A stretch of DNA of 63,386 nucleotides, filler included. It is 10 parts of 10 records of this genome, joined end to end, with 100 filler letters (N's around TTAATTAATTAA, not from the genome) between each part and the next. Parts side by side here need not be neighbours in the genome. Positions count along the whole stretch, not along the records: positions 1 to 5,322 come from SRR7504441_4129; positions 5,423 to 12,699 come from SRR7504441_4131; 8 more parts are not named here. One strand, written 5' to 3'. This document shows, in pieces, positions 1 to 10,910 of the stretch. How positions within the stretch are numbered: position 1 is the first letter of the stretch; each line of letters starts with the position of its first letter. The translations under genes were made by a program, and so were the position numbers. Below the pieces are notes generated by a model. That model saw nothing but the letters and a program-made list of their open reading frames with translations. It did not search any database and was not told where the DNA came from.

Positions 1-250
1 GATGCCGCCCGTCATCGAGTGCTCGGCGCTCCGAGCGAACTCGGTGGTCCAGCGCCCGAGCTCAGCCATTGTCGCCTCCGGTGACGATCTCGCGGCAGGG
101 GTCGGCAGGCCGGCAGCCAGCTGCAGTAACGGCAACGTAATGCGAACCTACAATTGTACATACTGTAATCGATTCTAGAGCACGCTCCATATACTATAAC
201 GCCCGAATAGACTACAATATGAAAGCGCAAGGATTTAGGAGTAACATATG

Positions 251-962
251 TTATATTGCGCGGGCGGGTTCGCAGGCTGGCTCGTGCTCGGCCAACTGGA
301 GCAGTTGCTCGAGGTACTCGTCAGCGCCCATCTGGAGCCCGCGCACCCCAGCCACCAGCATCCGCAGGTATTCCAGGTTGGAGCCACTCGGACCAACCGC
401 CCCCCGGATGACCATCGCCGTCTGTTCGAGCGGTTCGCCCTCCAGCAGCGCCGACTGGCCGGGCTCCCCTGATTGGTCGTAGCAGTACAGCTGCACCTGC
501 CGCCCACAGTCGGGGGGCGGCCCCGGGCGGGTGGCGGGCCTGGTGCTGCTGGCCGTCGGCGTCCAGCACCTGCCCGAGCTGCCGGGTGTACCCGTGCCTC
601 TCCCGGAAGTCGAGCCCGGCGATCGTCTGGGCCCAGGCCTCCTCCGGGACCTCATACGCCACCCCCGGCACACGGTCGGCCCCCGGGCGCGCGATCAGGG
701 TCACCACCCGACCGGGAGAGGCTGGGGTCCCCCGGTGGTCGCAGCTCTTCATCCAGAACCTCCGGATGAACCCGCCCTGCAGCGAGCACTCGAACCGCCG
801 ACAGTGCTCAAACTCGGCTTTCCAGATCAGCGAGCCGTACCCAAACACAAGCCGGCAGCTCGAGCCCGCCGCCGCCTCAGACACCTGCCCGCCCGCTCGC
901 CCGCCCACCCAGCCGCCCGCCACCCGGGCCGTCGCCCAGCATCCGTGCTCAGCCTCGCCCAT
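251..962 (-). CDS. ChaC-family glutathione-specific gamma-glutamylcyclotransferase (spliced)
   Basis: Motifs VFGYGSLIWK, RRFWMKSCDHRGTPASPGRVVTL, LDFRE and GPSGSNLEYL. Frames are joined by GC-AG intron 497-539; probable in-frame intron 885-923. Start codon uncertain (962 or 980). Confidence 0.9.
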
Positions 963-1057
963 ATCACGTTCCGTTGTCACGGCCGTTATTCATGGCAGTG
1001 GTGGGGTGGGGAGGTCCGCCTGACTTGGAGGGGCCCCGGTGCGAGCACCGGCGGGTG

Positions 1058-1921
1058 ATGAAGTACCCGCAGACGTTCAGCAGGCTGTGCCGGCAGGCGG
1101 CCGAGAACGACCCGGTGCTCCGGTCGCTCGACCTGCGCGGGTTCCAGCTCGGGCCGGACGGGGCGCGCGAGCTGGCCGCCGCCCTCTCCAGCAACAGCAA
1201 CCTGCTCGAGCTCAACCTGTGGGTCAACCACATCGGGGACCGCGGGCTCGAGCCGCTCTGCCAGGCGCTCCAACGGCACGGCTCGCTGGCCAAGCTCGAC
1301 CTGTTCAACAACGACTTGGGCGACCGGGCGGCCGCCGCCCTGGGCGAGCTGCTCGGGTGCAGCGGCAGCCTGACCGAGCTCGGACTGCGGGGCAACAATA
1401 TCAGCTGCGCCGGGGCGGCCGCGCTCGCCCGGGGGCTCGAGCGGAACAGCCGGCTGCTGGTGCTGGACCTGAGCGATAACCAGGTCGGCGAGCAGGGGAT
1501 GGCCGGGCTAGGCCGGGCGATGGCCGGCAACCGCACCCTCAAGCAGCTGCTGTTCGACGGGAACCCTGGGAGCGCGGCGGGCGACGCGGTGGAGGCCGGG
1601 CTGGAGCGGAACCAGCAGGCTTTGTATGAGGCTGAGGTGGAGCGACTGAGCGATCAGATGATACAAGACGAGCAGCTCCCGATACACTCGGGCAGCCAGC
1701 GGGCCGACCTGCGCACGCTGGCCGACTGCGCGCACGCGGACCTCGGGATCCTGCACACGGAGCTCATCTTGGACCTGGTGGACAAGCCTTCGAGCCGGGT
1801 GGACAAGACACCGGCGCACCAGATGATCAGGAAACCGGTCGTGTCGGAGCTGACCGTGTGCGACGTGAGCCAGAGGGTGCTCCACCAGGCGGCCAGCCCG
1901 ATCAACATCAATAAGGACTGA
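1058..1921 (+). CDS. RNI-like leucine-rich repeat protein
   Basis: Repeats such as LELNLWVNHIGDRG, LDLFNNDLGDRA, LGLRGNNISCAG and LDLSDNQVGEQG. An upstream in-frame ATG at 992 is possible. Confidence 0.85.
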   Translation: MKYPQTFSRLCRQAAENDPVLRSLDLRGFQLGPDGARELAAALSSNSNLLELNLWVNHIGDRGLEPLCQALQRHGSLAKLDLFNNDLGDRAAAALGELLGCSGSLTELGLRGNNISCAGAAALARGLERNSRLLVLDLSDNQVGEQGMAGLGRAMAGNRTLKQLLFDGNPGSAAGDAVEAGLERNQQALYEAEVERLSDQMIQDEQLPIHSGSQRADLRTLADCAHADLGILHTELILDLVDKPSSRVDKTPAHQMIRKPVVSELTVCDVSQRVLHQAASPININKD

Positions 1922-2178
1922 GCCGCCGGTAGACCAACGACTGAGATCCGCTCTGCTCCGCACCCACTGGTCTGATACTGGTGTGAGCTTACGTAAAGCG
2001 ATCGGCCAATCCGGGGCGTCATTAGGGCGTCATGCCACTATTAAAACTGAACCTACTCGCATCTGTAGTAGCCCCGCGAAGCCGAGATAGCAGCTCTAAA
2101 AGATTCAGTTACATTCTGTGGACGTTGTGGTCCCCCGCCAGGCTTCCAGCTCCCAACGGCAAGATTCCGGACTTAGAA

Positions 2179-3327
2179 ATGGCGAGGCACCGGGCTTCGG
2201 AAGCGGCGGCTGAGTGGGCTGCCAAACGGCGCGAGGCGGCGGCCCGGGCCAAGGCGCTGAAGGAGGAGCGCGATGACCTAGCCCCGCCCCGGCCGCCGCC
2301 CCGGCCGACCCGGCGGCCGGTGCGTCCGTCCAAGGGCCAATCGTTCGAGGAGCGCCGCCGGATGGCGATGCATAACCGGTTGATCATGTCGGCCAAGCCC
2401 AGAGTGTCCACCCAGCGGGCTACCCGCCCCCCGGCGCTCTCGGGCCCGCAGCAGCACAAGCTCGGGGCGGCGCTGGCCCGGATGGGCTCGTTCTTCTTCG
2501 AGCCAAAGTCGCCCAGCTCCACCGGCTCTCGAGTCAGGTTCGACCGGCTCAGCTCGCCCGCCCCCAGCGCCAGCCAGCCCCCGCCCCCCGCGGCCGGCAT
2601 CTCGCCCGAGTTCCCCGGCCAGCGCACCGCCCGCTCCGAGAGCAGCGGCCGCACCGGCCGGTCGGATCCCAAGTGGGGCGGGCTCCGGGTGTGCGTCGAG
2701 AGGCCGTCGGCCGAGCCGGTCCGGAGCCCGGCCGAGCGGATCAAGCAGTCTGTGAGCCTGGCGAGTGCCGGGACCATGCGCGACTCTTTGGAGGAGCTGC
2801 ACTCTGTGCTCAAGGAGGTGTGCCAGGAGAGCGAGGATGACCAATATGACTCGGACGGCACCTTTGAGAGCGACGAGGAGGAGGAGGAGGAGGAGGAGGC
2901 CCTGGCCGGCCGGGTGCTTGCGCGGGACCAGGGCCGGGCCCGGGGCTCGCCGACCGAGCAGTCTTGGGAGGGCGCGTACTTCACCAAGCTCGACCAGGAG
3001 CTCAAGGATTACTCGGACCAGGAGCTGCTCAACCGGACCTCGGAGATGGTCGAGCACCTGGCCGAGGCCGCCCCCGCCGGCACCCCGCAGGCGGCCCAGC
3101 TCGGGTCGGCCCGCCAACTGCTTGAGCAAGTCAAGGGAGTCGACAGGGCCGGCTCACTCGCCGGTGTGCGCATGCCCGACTGGATGGCCGAACTGGGCTG
3201 GGGCGCCGCCAGCCCGGCACAGAAGATACGGGCCAGCCAGCCCCAGCGCAGCTCAAAGCAGCTCCGGACCGAGCTGGCAGAGATTTGGACAAACCGACCA
3301 GCCAGCGCAGCGGCCGGCTCTTCTTGA
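2179..3327 (+). CDS. Hypothetical low-complexity protein with poly-Glu tract
   Basis: Long ORF with GC3-rich codon use, followed by an AT-rich spacer. No recognisable domain. Confidence 0.6.
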   Translation: MARHRASEAAAEWAAKRREAAARAKALKEERDDLAPPRPPPRPTRRPVRPSKGQSFEERRRMAMHNRLIMSAKPRVSTQRATRPPALSGPQQHKLGAALARMGSFFFEPKSPSSTGSRVRFDRLSSPAPSASQPPPPAAGISPEFPGQRTARSESSGRTGRSDPKWGGLRVCVERPSAEPVRSPAERIKQSVSLASAGTMRDSLEELHSVLKEVCQESEDDQYDSDGTFESDEEEEEEEEALAGRVLARDQGRARGSPTEQSWEGAYFTKLDQELKDYSDQELLNRTSEMVEHLAEAAPAGTPQAAQLGSARQLLEQVKGVDRAGSLAGVRMPDWMAELGWGAASPAQKIRASQPQRSSKQLRTELAEIWTNRPASAAAGSS

Positions 3328-3378
3328 GACGAGATTGAATTGTAGAATATAAATCAAGTCTAGAGCTTTATTTAAGCC

Positions 3379-4425
3379 TCAAATCAATTGACTGAGTTGG
3401 CGCTGGGCCAGTTGGAGCGAGCCGTTGAGCACTCGCCGGTCGAGTTGCCTGAGGATCCTGAGCCGGTGCGTCAGCCCACGCAACTTCCGGTTGGCCGGTC
3501 GGCACTTGTGCTCAAACTGTCGGCTGATCTGCTCGATCTTGGGATGTGTGGCTATCCGCAGCCCGGGGGCCAGCCAGCGTGCGAACCCTGCTCGGTAGTC
3601 GCCCATGAGCGAGTCCAGGTCCACTGACTGGCAGCTGCCCTGCTCGCCCGCCCCCACAAGCCTGCAATCGCGCGCCGCGGCCAGCATGTTCGGGATGTCC
3701 CGATAGAGCGCTCTGAGCGCCTCTAGCAGCAGCCCCTCGGCCAGCGGCAGCCGGCTGATTGCACTGGCATACGTCTCATTGCGGTGCAGCCGGCCTGCGC
3801 AGCTCGGCCAGCTGTTGAAGGCAGCCAGCGCCCCGTGCGCCTCGCCCGCGGAGCCCTCGCACTGCCGGAAGCGCACCTGCTGGCCCACAGTGTGGCACCG
3901 GGCTCGGCTGAACTGCGGGCGGTCGATCATCATCCCGAAGCTTTGGGTCACCCAGCCCTCCACCCGGCCCACCCGTCGGCCCCTGTGGTACCGCCAGCCG
4001 CTCTCGACCAGCCTGAGCGGATCGCGCACCATGTTCACTTGCCAGGCGGCCGAGCTGAACCCGCCCGACGCGTGAATGGCCGGCCGGCAGCCGATGTACG
4101 GCCGGGGCATCCGGTCCCTGCGCCAGCCGGGCCATCCTTGTCCGTTGATCTGCAGCCCGACCGGCCGGAGCACCCGGCGGAGGCACTCGTTCAGCCCGGT
4201 CCCGCTCTTGTGGTTTGAGGTCAGGTGCCGCCCGCCGAACCGGCCGCGGCCGCGCGCAGGTCCGTTCGGGCTGACCAGCGGAGCCACGGGCGAGCAGCTG
4301 GCCAGGTTGGCAGGCAGCCTGACCGGGGGCTCGACGGGCGGCGCCGCTGGCTGGACCAGCCACACCGCCAGCACGAGCAGCCAGCACAGCCCAGCCACGG
4401 CCCACCGCCGGCGGCTCGGACGCAT
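3379..4425 (-). CDS. Membrane-anchored sulfotransferase-like protein
   Basis: N-terminal TM anchor. NHKSGT resembles the 5'-PSB loop and VRDPLRLVESGWRYH the 3'-PB motif of PAPS-dependent sulfotransferases. Confidence 0.65.
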   Translation of the reverse strand: MRPSRRRWAVAGLCWLLVLAVWLVQPAAPPVEPPVRLPANLASCSPVAPLVSPNGPARGRGRFGGRHLTSNHKSGTGLNECLRRVLRPVGLQINGQGWPGWRRDRMPRPYIGCRPAIHASGGFSSAAWQVNMVRDPLRLVESGWRYHRGRRVGRVEGWVTQSFGMMIDRPQFSRARCHTVGQQVRFRQCEGSAGEAHGALAAFNSWPSCAGRLHRNETYASAISRLPLAEGLLLEALRALYRDIPNMLAAARDCRLVGAGEQGSCQSVDLDSLMGDYRAGFARWLAPGLRIATHPKIEQISRQFEHKCRPANRKLRGLTHRLRILRQLDRRVLNGSLQLAQRQLSQLI

Positions 4426-4504
4426 CGCCTACATGGGCCTCATCCAAATAACGGACTTTGTCTGGTCAAGGCCACAAGGGAGGAGACGCGGTCAATGCCA
4501 GCGG

Positions 4505-5322
4505 ATGGGCTCGGCTTCTTCCCGCCGGCTGGCCGCAGCGGGGGCTGTGGCGGCGGCTGCGTACTATCTGCTAGTCCGTGAGCCGACCATGCGGCCCACC
4601 AAGCGCCCCAAGCGCCAGCAAGAGCCGACCGCTCAGGAGGAGGCAGCGAGGGCAAAGCCCGCTCAGGAGGAGGCAGCCAGGGCAAGGCCCGCGGAGGAGG
4701 AGGCAGCCAGGGTGCAGCCCGCTGAGGAGGAGGAGGCAGCGAGGGCAAAGCCCGCTGAGGAGGAGGCAGTCGGCCAGTCGCCGGTGGCCGGGGCGCCTCG
4801 GGATTCGGCATTGGAGCGGGCGGCCCGGGCGGCGGCGGCTGACCCAACGGACCCAGGCTGCTGGTCTGAGCTGCGCGAGCTGTGCCGGGCCGCCCCGGGG
4901 CTGCTGCCCGTGGGGTGCGAGGCCGGGCTGTGCGCTCTGGCCGCGGCAGGTCCGGGCGGGCGGGAGGCCGAGCTGCTGGCCGCGACGCTGGTCCAGGCGG
5001 TCCAGCTGCCCGTGACGGCCCGGCCGGAGCTGGAGTGCCCGCAGTGCTGGGGGCTGCTGCACCGGCCGACCACCCTGCACCACGGCCGGTCGGTCTGCCT
5101 GGGCTGCGCCCCCCGGTACAGGATAGACCCGGAGGCGGCCCGGCTCGGGTTTGGGCAGGCGACCAACCTGCTGCTCGGGCAGCTGATTGAGCAGACGCTC
5201 CCTGAGGGCACCGCGGCCGCCCAGCTCCGGCAGCAGGGCAACCTGCACTTTGCGGCCGGCGAGTACCCGCAGGCGATAGAGTGCTACACCCAGGCGATCG
5301 CCCGCAGGCCCGAGGCTCCGCT
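4505..5322 (+). CDS. RING-like + TPR protein (LONRF-like architecture), 3' truncated by contig end
   Basis: ECPQCWGLLHRPTTLHHGRSVCLGC (degenerate RING), then GNLHFAAGEYPQAIECYTQAI (TPR). Confidence 0.7.
4631..4769 (+). repeat. Coding tandem repeat, ~30-nt unit x ~4.5 (AQEEAARAKP)
   Basis: GCTCAGGAGGAGGCAGCGAGGGCAAAGCCC and variants in tandem. Confidence 0.9.
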
Positions 5323-5422
5323 NNNNNNNNNNNNNNNNNNNNNNNNNNNNNNNNNNNNNNNNNNNNTTAATTAATTAANNNNNNNNNNNNNNNNNNNNNN
5401 NNNNNNNNNNNNNNNNNNNNNN
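5323..5422. other. Artificial contig linker
   Basis: N44-TTAATTAATTAA-N44 (stops in all six frames). Confidence 0.99.
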
Positions 5423-6596
5423 CTGGCGATGTGGCTGAGGCTGAGGCTGAGGAGGATTGCAGTCCAGACGACGCGGGGGCATCGGACGACCAGGCTGAGA
5501 GCCAATCTGCTTCACGACAGCACTTTGAGTCATCACGCATGGATGACTCCGAGTCAGGCCAAGACCAAGAAAAGGAGAACCATGGAGTACAGGAAGTTGT
5601 AATGGAATCCAAGTCAAGGTATGAAAAGTCTCACGCCGTGCCAGACCAGGAATCAACAGCAGAATCAGAATCAATTGGAACAGGAGAACGTCAGCGCAGG
5701 TTTGAGTCACAGAAGCGGGCAATGGAAGCTCGGCTGGAAAGAAATTCGAGAGAGTGGTCCAAGCTCAATCGGGCCAGGAGCATTGCTGGAGAGGCAGTCA
5801 CTGATGCACCATGTCAGGTTCAGTCGAACAAGGATTCGCCGTTCGCTCTGCGAGCAGCCATGGCTTCACCTTCACCATTTACCCGGCTTAAATCAGAAGC
5901 AATGCATGAAAGTCCAGGCTATGGCACCCTCACACAAGAAATTCTGTGCCCAGGTGCCATGAGCCCAGGCCCCAAGCGGAATCATGCACGATCCAGCACT
6001 CCGGAGCGTCAATGCCGATTTGGAAGTCCAGAGCGTGACCAGCGTCAGCGACGGGGAGTTCAAAATGTACAAGCTAGTTATCAAAATCGCGGAAGCCCAG
6101 AAAGAAGGTTTTGGAAGACCAGAAAGGAAGAAGCACTTGGCTCTGGTTATGCTGGATACCGTACTGTTTCACCCAACCTAGCGCATCGGTCATCACCTCA
6201 GAAGGCACACACTCCAAAAATGAGGCCCCAGCAGCGCGACGAAGAGCGTTGGTCCAAGTTTGAGGAAAAGTTCAATAAAGCTTCCGATGACCAATCTGAG
6301 CCGCCAGGAGATGGGCCACAGTCTGATATCCGTGTTGCAGACATCCCTTTCCCAATTGATAAACACTTTAGATGGGCTGCCGGATTGCAAGGTAAGCAAC
6401 GCGGCCTTAATGACGGAACTCACTCATGCATACAGGCGGCCAGAAGCAAGCTTTCAAAACACTGGCAATGCGGTGGCATCCAGACAGGTTCTTGCAGCGG
6501 TTTGGTGATAGGATCAATGCTGAAGATCGCGACCTGATTCTCGACAAGGTCAAGCAAGTATTTCAAGCTGTTCAAGCTGCTTTCCCAAAACATTGA
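5423..6596 (+). CDS. 5'-truncated protein with NFKBIL1-like C-terminal domain
   Basis: RWSKFE...DIPFP, then after GT-AG intron 6392-6435 FKTLAMRWHPDRFLQRFGDRI...KVKQVFQAV; TGA ends at 6596. Confidence 0.7.
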
Positions 6597-6849
6597 TATC
6601 GACTCAGCATGTGTGAAGGCGCTCCAGCCCTCTGGCATCCTTGCCATTGACGCACGTGTAATTCGATGCCTTGGTACAGTACAGTACCAATGTGCATAGC
6701 AGCTGTACGCTTAGTTTTTGACGATAGTAGACGATAGCAGACCCTTGATGATAGTTAATGATAGTGTACAATAGAACTACTCGTAAGAAAATCCATATGT
6801 CTTGAGTGCATGCATGTATTTAGCACTTGCAAGCGTATACTATAGGATC

Positions 6850-8134
6850 ACGCTAGTCTTACTATTGGGTGATGCGACACTAAGTGGTGTGAGTGGCGCC
6901 TCCTCTTCTTGCACTGGTTCGAAATGATAAACCGGTACCTGACCACCACAAGAGATTGAGGTGGAATACTCAAAAGGAAAAACTAGTAGCACAGCCAAGC
7001 GTTTAAGGAACTCACCGCTGTACTCTTGAGATTCTCAGATCCCTTCAGCGCTTGGGCAGATGCGCTTTCTGAGTCGAGCTTGTAAGAAGGATATTGGACT
7101 GGTCTGGACCCTGGATTTGTTTTTGTGTCATTGCTTGCTGGATCCTGAGGGGACATTCTCACAACATGATCTGCCAATGCTAGACAGCACCTCGTTAAAG
7201 CCATGGAAAATCGGAACTGCAGTCTTTGTGATCATCCCTGTGGCACCTCCGCCACGAGTGATGACGCACTTTTTCGATGAAGAGGTGCTCATAGCAGTAG
7301 AGTTTCTGGCTACCGAAGGTGCAGCTGGAATCTTGTTTGCAATATTCACTTCCTTGACTGGCTGGGTGACTGCTGCAGACAACGAGGGACGTGAGTGTGC
7401 AGCCATAGGCGGAGCTCACCGGATGCACTAAGACTCTTTCCAGGGGGTGGGCGCTGTGCGATGCTGGGCGGAGCGACCACACTACTCGGAGGCGGCCCAG
7501 CCACGCTGGTTGCTGGCGGGACCGCACTGTCAAACTCGGAACCTCGAGCGCTTGGCTGCTCTCTTATACTCATCTGACTAGGGACATGGCATGCGTTGTT
7601 CCTGAGGGCTGGATCTGCCCCCTTTGAGATCAGATAGTCTCCCACCTGGCCCGCCTCAACTCCGAGGCAACAGACAGGTCACCTCAGTAAAGTTATACGC
7701 AGAGCAGTAGTGCAACGCTGAATTGCCCTGCGTGTTCTGGGCATTGATGTCTGCCTGCCAACCGAGCACCATCTAATCACGGCGGCTCTTGCAGCCCAAC
7801 CCACCCCATAGCGCAAAAAGAGCTTTACAAATCGCTTCCGGTTGTTCTGGCTCGCCAGGGTCAGAACAGTGTTACCGTAGTTGTCCTTGCGGTGCACTAT
7901 TTCGGGATTTCTGAGCACCATCGCTTCGGCCTCGGCGAACCGGTTGGCCTGAATGTGCCTGCCAGGGCTCCCTGGTCAACCCGCTGCCGCCAGCTGCACT
8001 CGCCTCCGGATCTGCTGCAGCTCATCGGCCGGCCCATCCAGCGAGACTGGACCGGCTGCGACCGGTTCCCGGGCCCCAGCCGCTTCCCTCGGCTCTCGCC
8101 CCGATTCCCAGGCGGTATCGCGTACCGTCGCCAT
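6850..8134 (-). CDS. Ankyrin-repeat protein (multi-exon; 3' end approximate)
   Basis: DNYGNTVLTLASQNN, ADINAQNTQGNSALHYC and YLISKGADPALRNN, joined by short introns including GC-AG 7959-8003. Confidence 0.75.
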
Positions 8135-8205
8135 AGGTCACCCTGCCATAGAGTCTAGAGACCGTTGGAAGGCAGTTGAACACAGGCCGGAGCGAAGGGG
8201 GCGGG

Positions 8206-10631
8206 ATGACCTCCTACGCCGACCAGGAGCTGGAGAGCGACAGGCTGTACAGCGGCGGGGGCGCCAATGCCACCGACTACCAGGGCGGGTACCAGGAATC
8301 GCCCGGGGCCACCCGGAGCCGGCAGCAAACCGAGGCGACTGAGATGTCCGGATTCGGCGGCAGCGATTTCGGCGGGGCCGGCAAGGGGCGGTACGGTTTC
8401 CTAATGGAGGCGACCAACGTGTCGATCGTGTTCGAGGGGCTGGACTGCGAGGTGGAGGTGCAGGAGCCGCTCCCGGAGGACCCGACCAAGATGCGCAAGG
8501 TGAACAAGTGCATCATGCGGGACGCCAGCGGAGTGATTGGGCACCCGCGCCGGAGGGAGATCGACGACGATTACCGGCGGCGGCGGCACGAGGAAGACCC
8601 AGACCGGCGGGGGTTTGGCAAGGACGGCAAGAAGATCCGGCGGTCGGAGAACACCCGGTCGATGACCGCAATGATGGGCCCCTCCGGCTCGGGCAAGGTG
8701 CGGCCGGGCGGGTCGGGCGGGGGCGCGAGCGGGTGGGGCAGACCACTCTGATGGATATGGTGGCCACGGTGAAGACGCTCCCGTTCAAGGGCAGGATCAC
8801 GGTGAATGGAGCGGACGTGGTGGACAACACTCAGCGAGTGGCGGTCAATGTGCTGGACCCCAACGTGGTGGCGTTTAAGCGGATGGTCGGATACGTTGAG
8901 CAGCAGGACATCATGAACGGTGGCCCGCCCCGCCCCCGGGGCCTGAACCGTGCTGTGCCAGGGCTATGCACTGTGAAGGAGGCGCTACATTTTTGTGTGC
9001 AGCTCAAGCCGCCGCGTGCCAACCCAGAGGAGGTGAGGCGGCTGATGGAGCACGGACTCAACCCCGAGGACGACAAGGACGTGGTCGAGGAGGCGTACTG
9101 GGAGCAGGACGAGACGGGCACGCTCGTAGAAAAGCGGCGGCCGGAAGGCGTGCTCCGATACGCTGAAGGCGGCCGGTACAGATTGGGGCAGGCGGGGGCG
9201 CTGGATGTGATCGGCAAGAAGATGGTTTGCACCGTCATGAAAGAGCTCGGCCTCGAAAAGGTGCAGGACTCGCTGATTGGCGACGAGCAGGTCCGAGGGA
9301 TCAGTGGCGGCCAGAAGAAACGTGTATCAATTGCAAGGGCGCTGGTATCGAATCCTTACCTGATCTTCCTTGACGAGCCAACCTCTGGACTCTCGGCAGC
9401 AGATGCAGTGACTCTGATCCAGCAGGTCAAAAGCCTGGTAGACGGGCTGGGGATCGTGGCGGTATCAGTGATTCACCAGCCACGGAACCGACTTTTCAAA
9501 ATGTTTGACCACCTCATACTTTTGACTGGTGGTAGGATGGTCTATCAAGGCCCTCCAAAGATTGACGCTAAGAACTACTTTGACGCCGTTGGCTTCCCAC
9601 TACCCCAGAATACTAACCCCGCTGATCACTACATTGACTACATTACTGAGTCATTCAACAAGGACACGCCCAAGCTGATCGATTTCTTTGATGGCGAGAG
9701 CAAGATTGTTGGGTGCAAAGAGTGGGTGCTTCAGCAGGTCCAGAAAACCAGAGATGAGCAAGCAGTAAGCCTCGACCCGTCTGTCACAGAAATGCTAGCT
9801 GCTCTTGAAAACCAGCTCACCACCTGGGAGAAAGTGCAGGTGCTCGCAGGTCGCGAGTGGACATGTCTGCCGAGAGACCAAATCAAGTTCACGGCCAGGA
9901 TCGCTAATGCCATCTTCATGGGCCTTCTGCTTGGGGGCATCTATGCAGACATCGAGGCCAAGAACATAGCCGCATTTGCAATGATCTGTGTCGAGATGCC
10001 TGTGATCCAGTCAGTTGCGTCGCTGCCTTGTTTGTTCCGTGACCGTGCCTTCATGCACCGTGAACGAGACACAGGGCTGTACACAACCACGCCTTTTTAT
10101 CTCGTCACATACCTCCTCAGCATCGTATTCTCAGCTATTACAGTTTTCCTGCAGCTTGTTCTCACGTATGGGTTCACCAGCCTTCCGTGGTGGCCTTACT
10201 TTCCCATGATGTACATTACCTGCTTGACTGGCTTCTTCATGATGGATGCTGTACTCTTTGTCATTGCTTACACCGGCAAAGATCTTGACAGCGCCTTCCT
10301 ATTTTTCAACTTCACCCTTGGAATCTTCATGTTTTCTAATGGCTTTACAATGAACAAGGTGACTTCAGGGGATTACATCAATTGGCTGCTTTACATTTCT
10401 CCTATTTTCTACAGTATGTCAACTGTGCTGAACAATTTTGTCCATTACGGCGATTATGGCGACGCTGACGAGGTTGAGATGATCATGACTTGTGACAGCG
10501 GCCCAGGCTGCTTGGGCTTGTCCGGAGACAACGTGTTTGCCCGAAATATGTTCATCATGCTGGCTTTGGGTGTCAGCTTGCACGCCTTTGCATTTTACTG
10601 TGCACGGTTTATGCATCGCCCTCAGCGCTAA
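8206..10631 (+). CDS. ABCG (White-family) half transporter
   Basis: Walker A GPSGSGK|TT split by intron 8698-8741; in-frame intron 8920-8961; ISGGQKKRVSIA signature, FLDEPTSGL, IHQP and a C-terminal TM domain. Confidence 0.95.
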
Positions 10632-10910
10632 GTAGTGCAGTAATCACAAATGATGATACTATGATGAGAGTGAGCATCATCTTCAGCCATGTACAAAACT
10701 TGCAAATGATTAACAAATGATCACAATACGTGCGGATGTTATGTTAATTAAAATCTTATCACAACTCACGAGTTACTAAGAAAATTAGCCTTGCAGCTTG
10801 TTCATCTTGTCGAGCGCACGCGCATTCTAGACAAGTTAGTCAAAAGTTGAAAGGCCCGGGAATGAGTGAAAGCTGGGGGCAGGAGTGATATCTCGGCACC
10901 AACCGGGCCG

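Noticed and set aside
1-69. Possible 5' end of a minus-strand gene (MAELGRWTTEF...) running off the window
   Set aside because: Only 23 codons are visible, so it cannot be supported.
4631-4769. 30-nt tandem repeat as a CRISPR-like array
   Set aside because: There are no spacers; it is an in-frame coding repeat in a eukaryotic gene.
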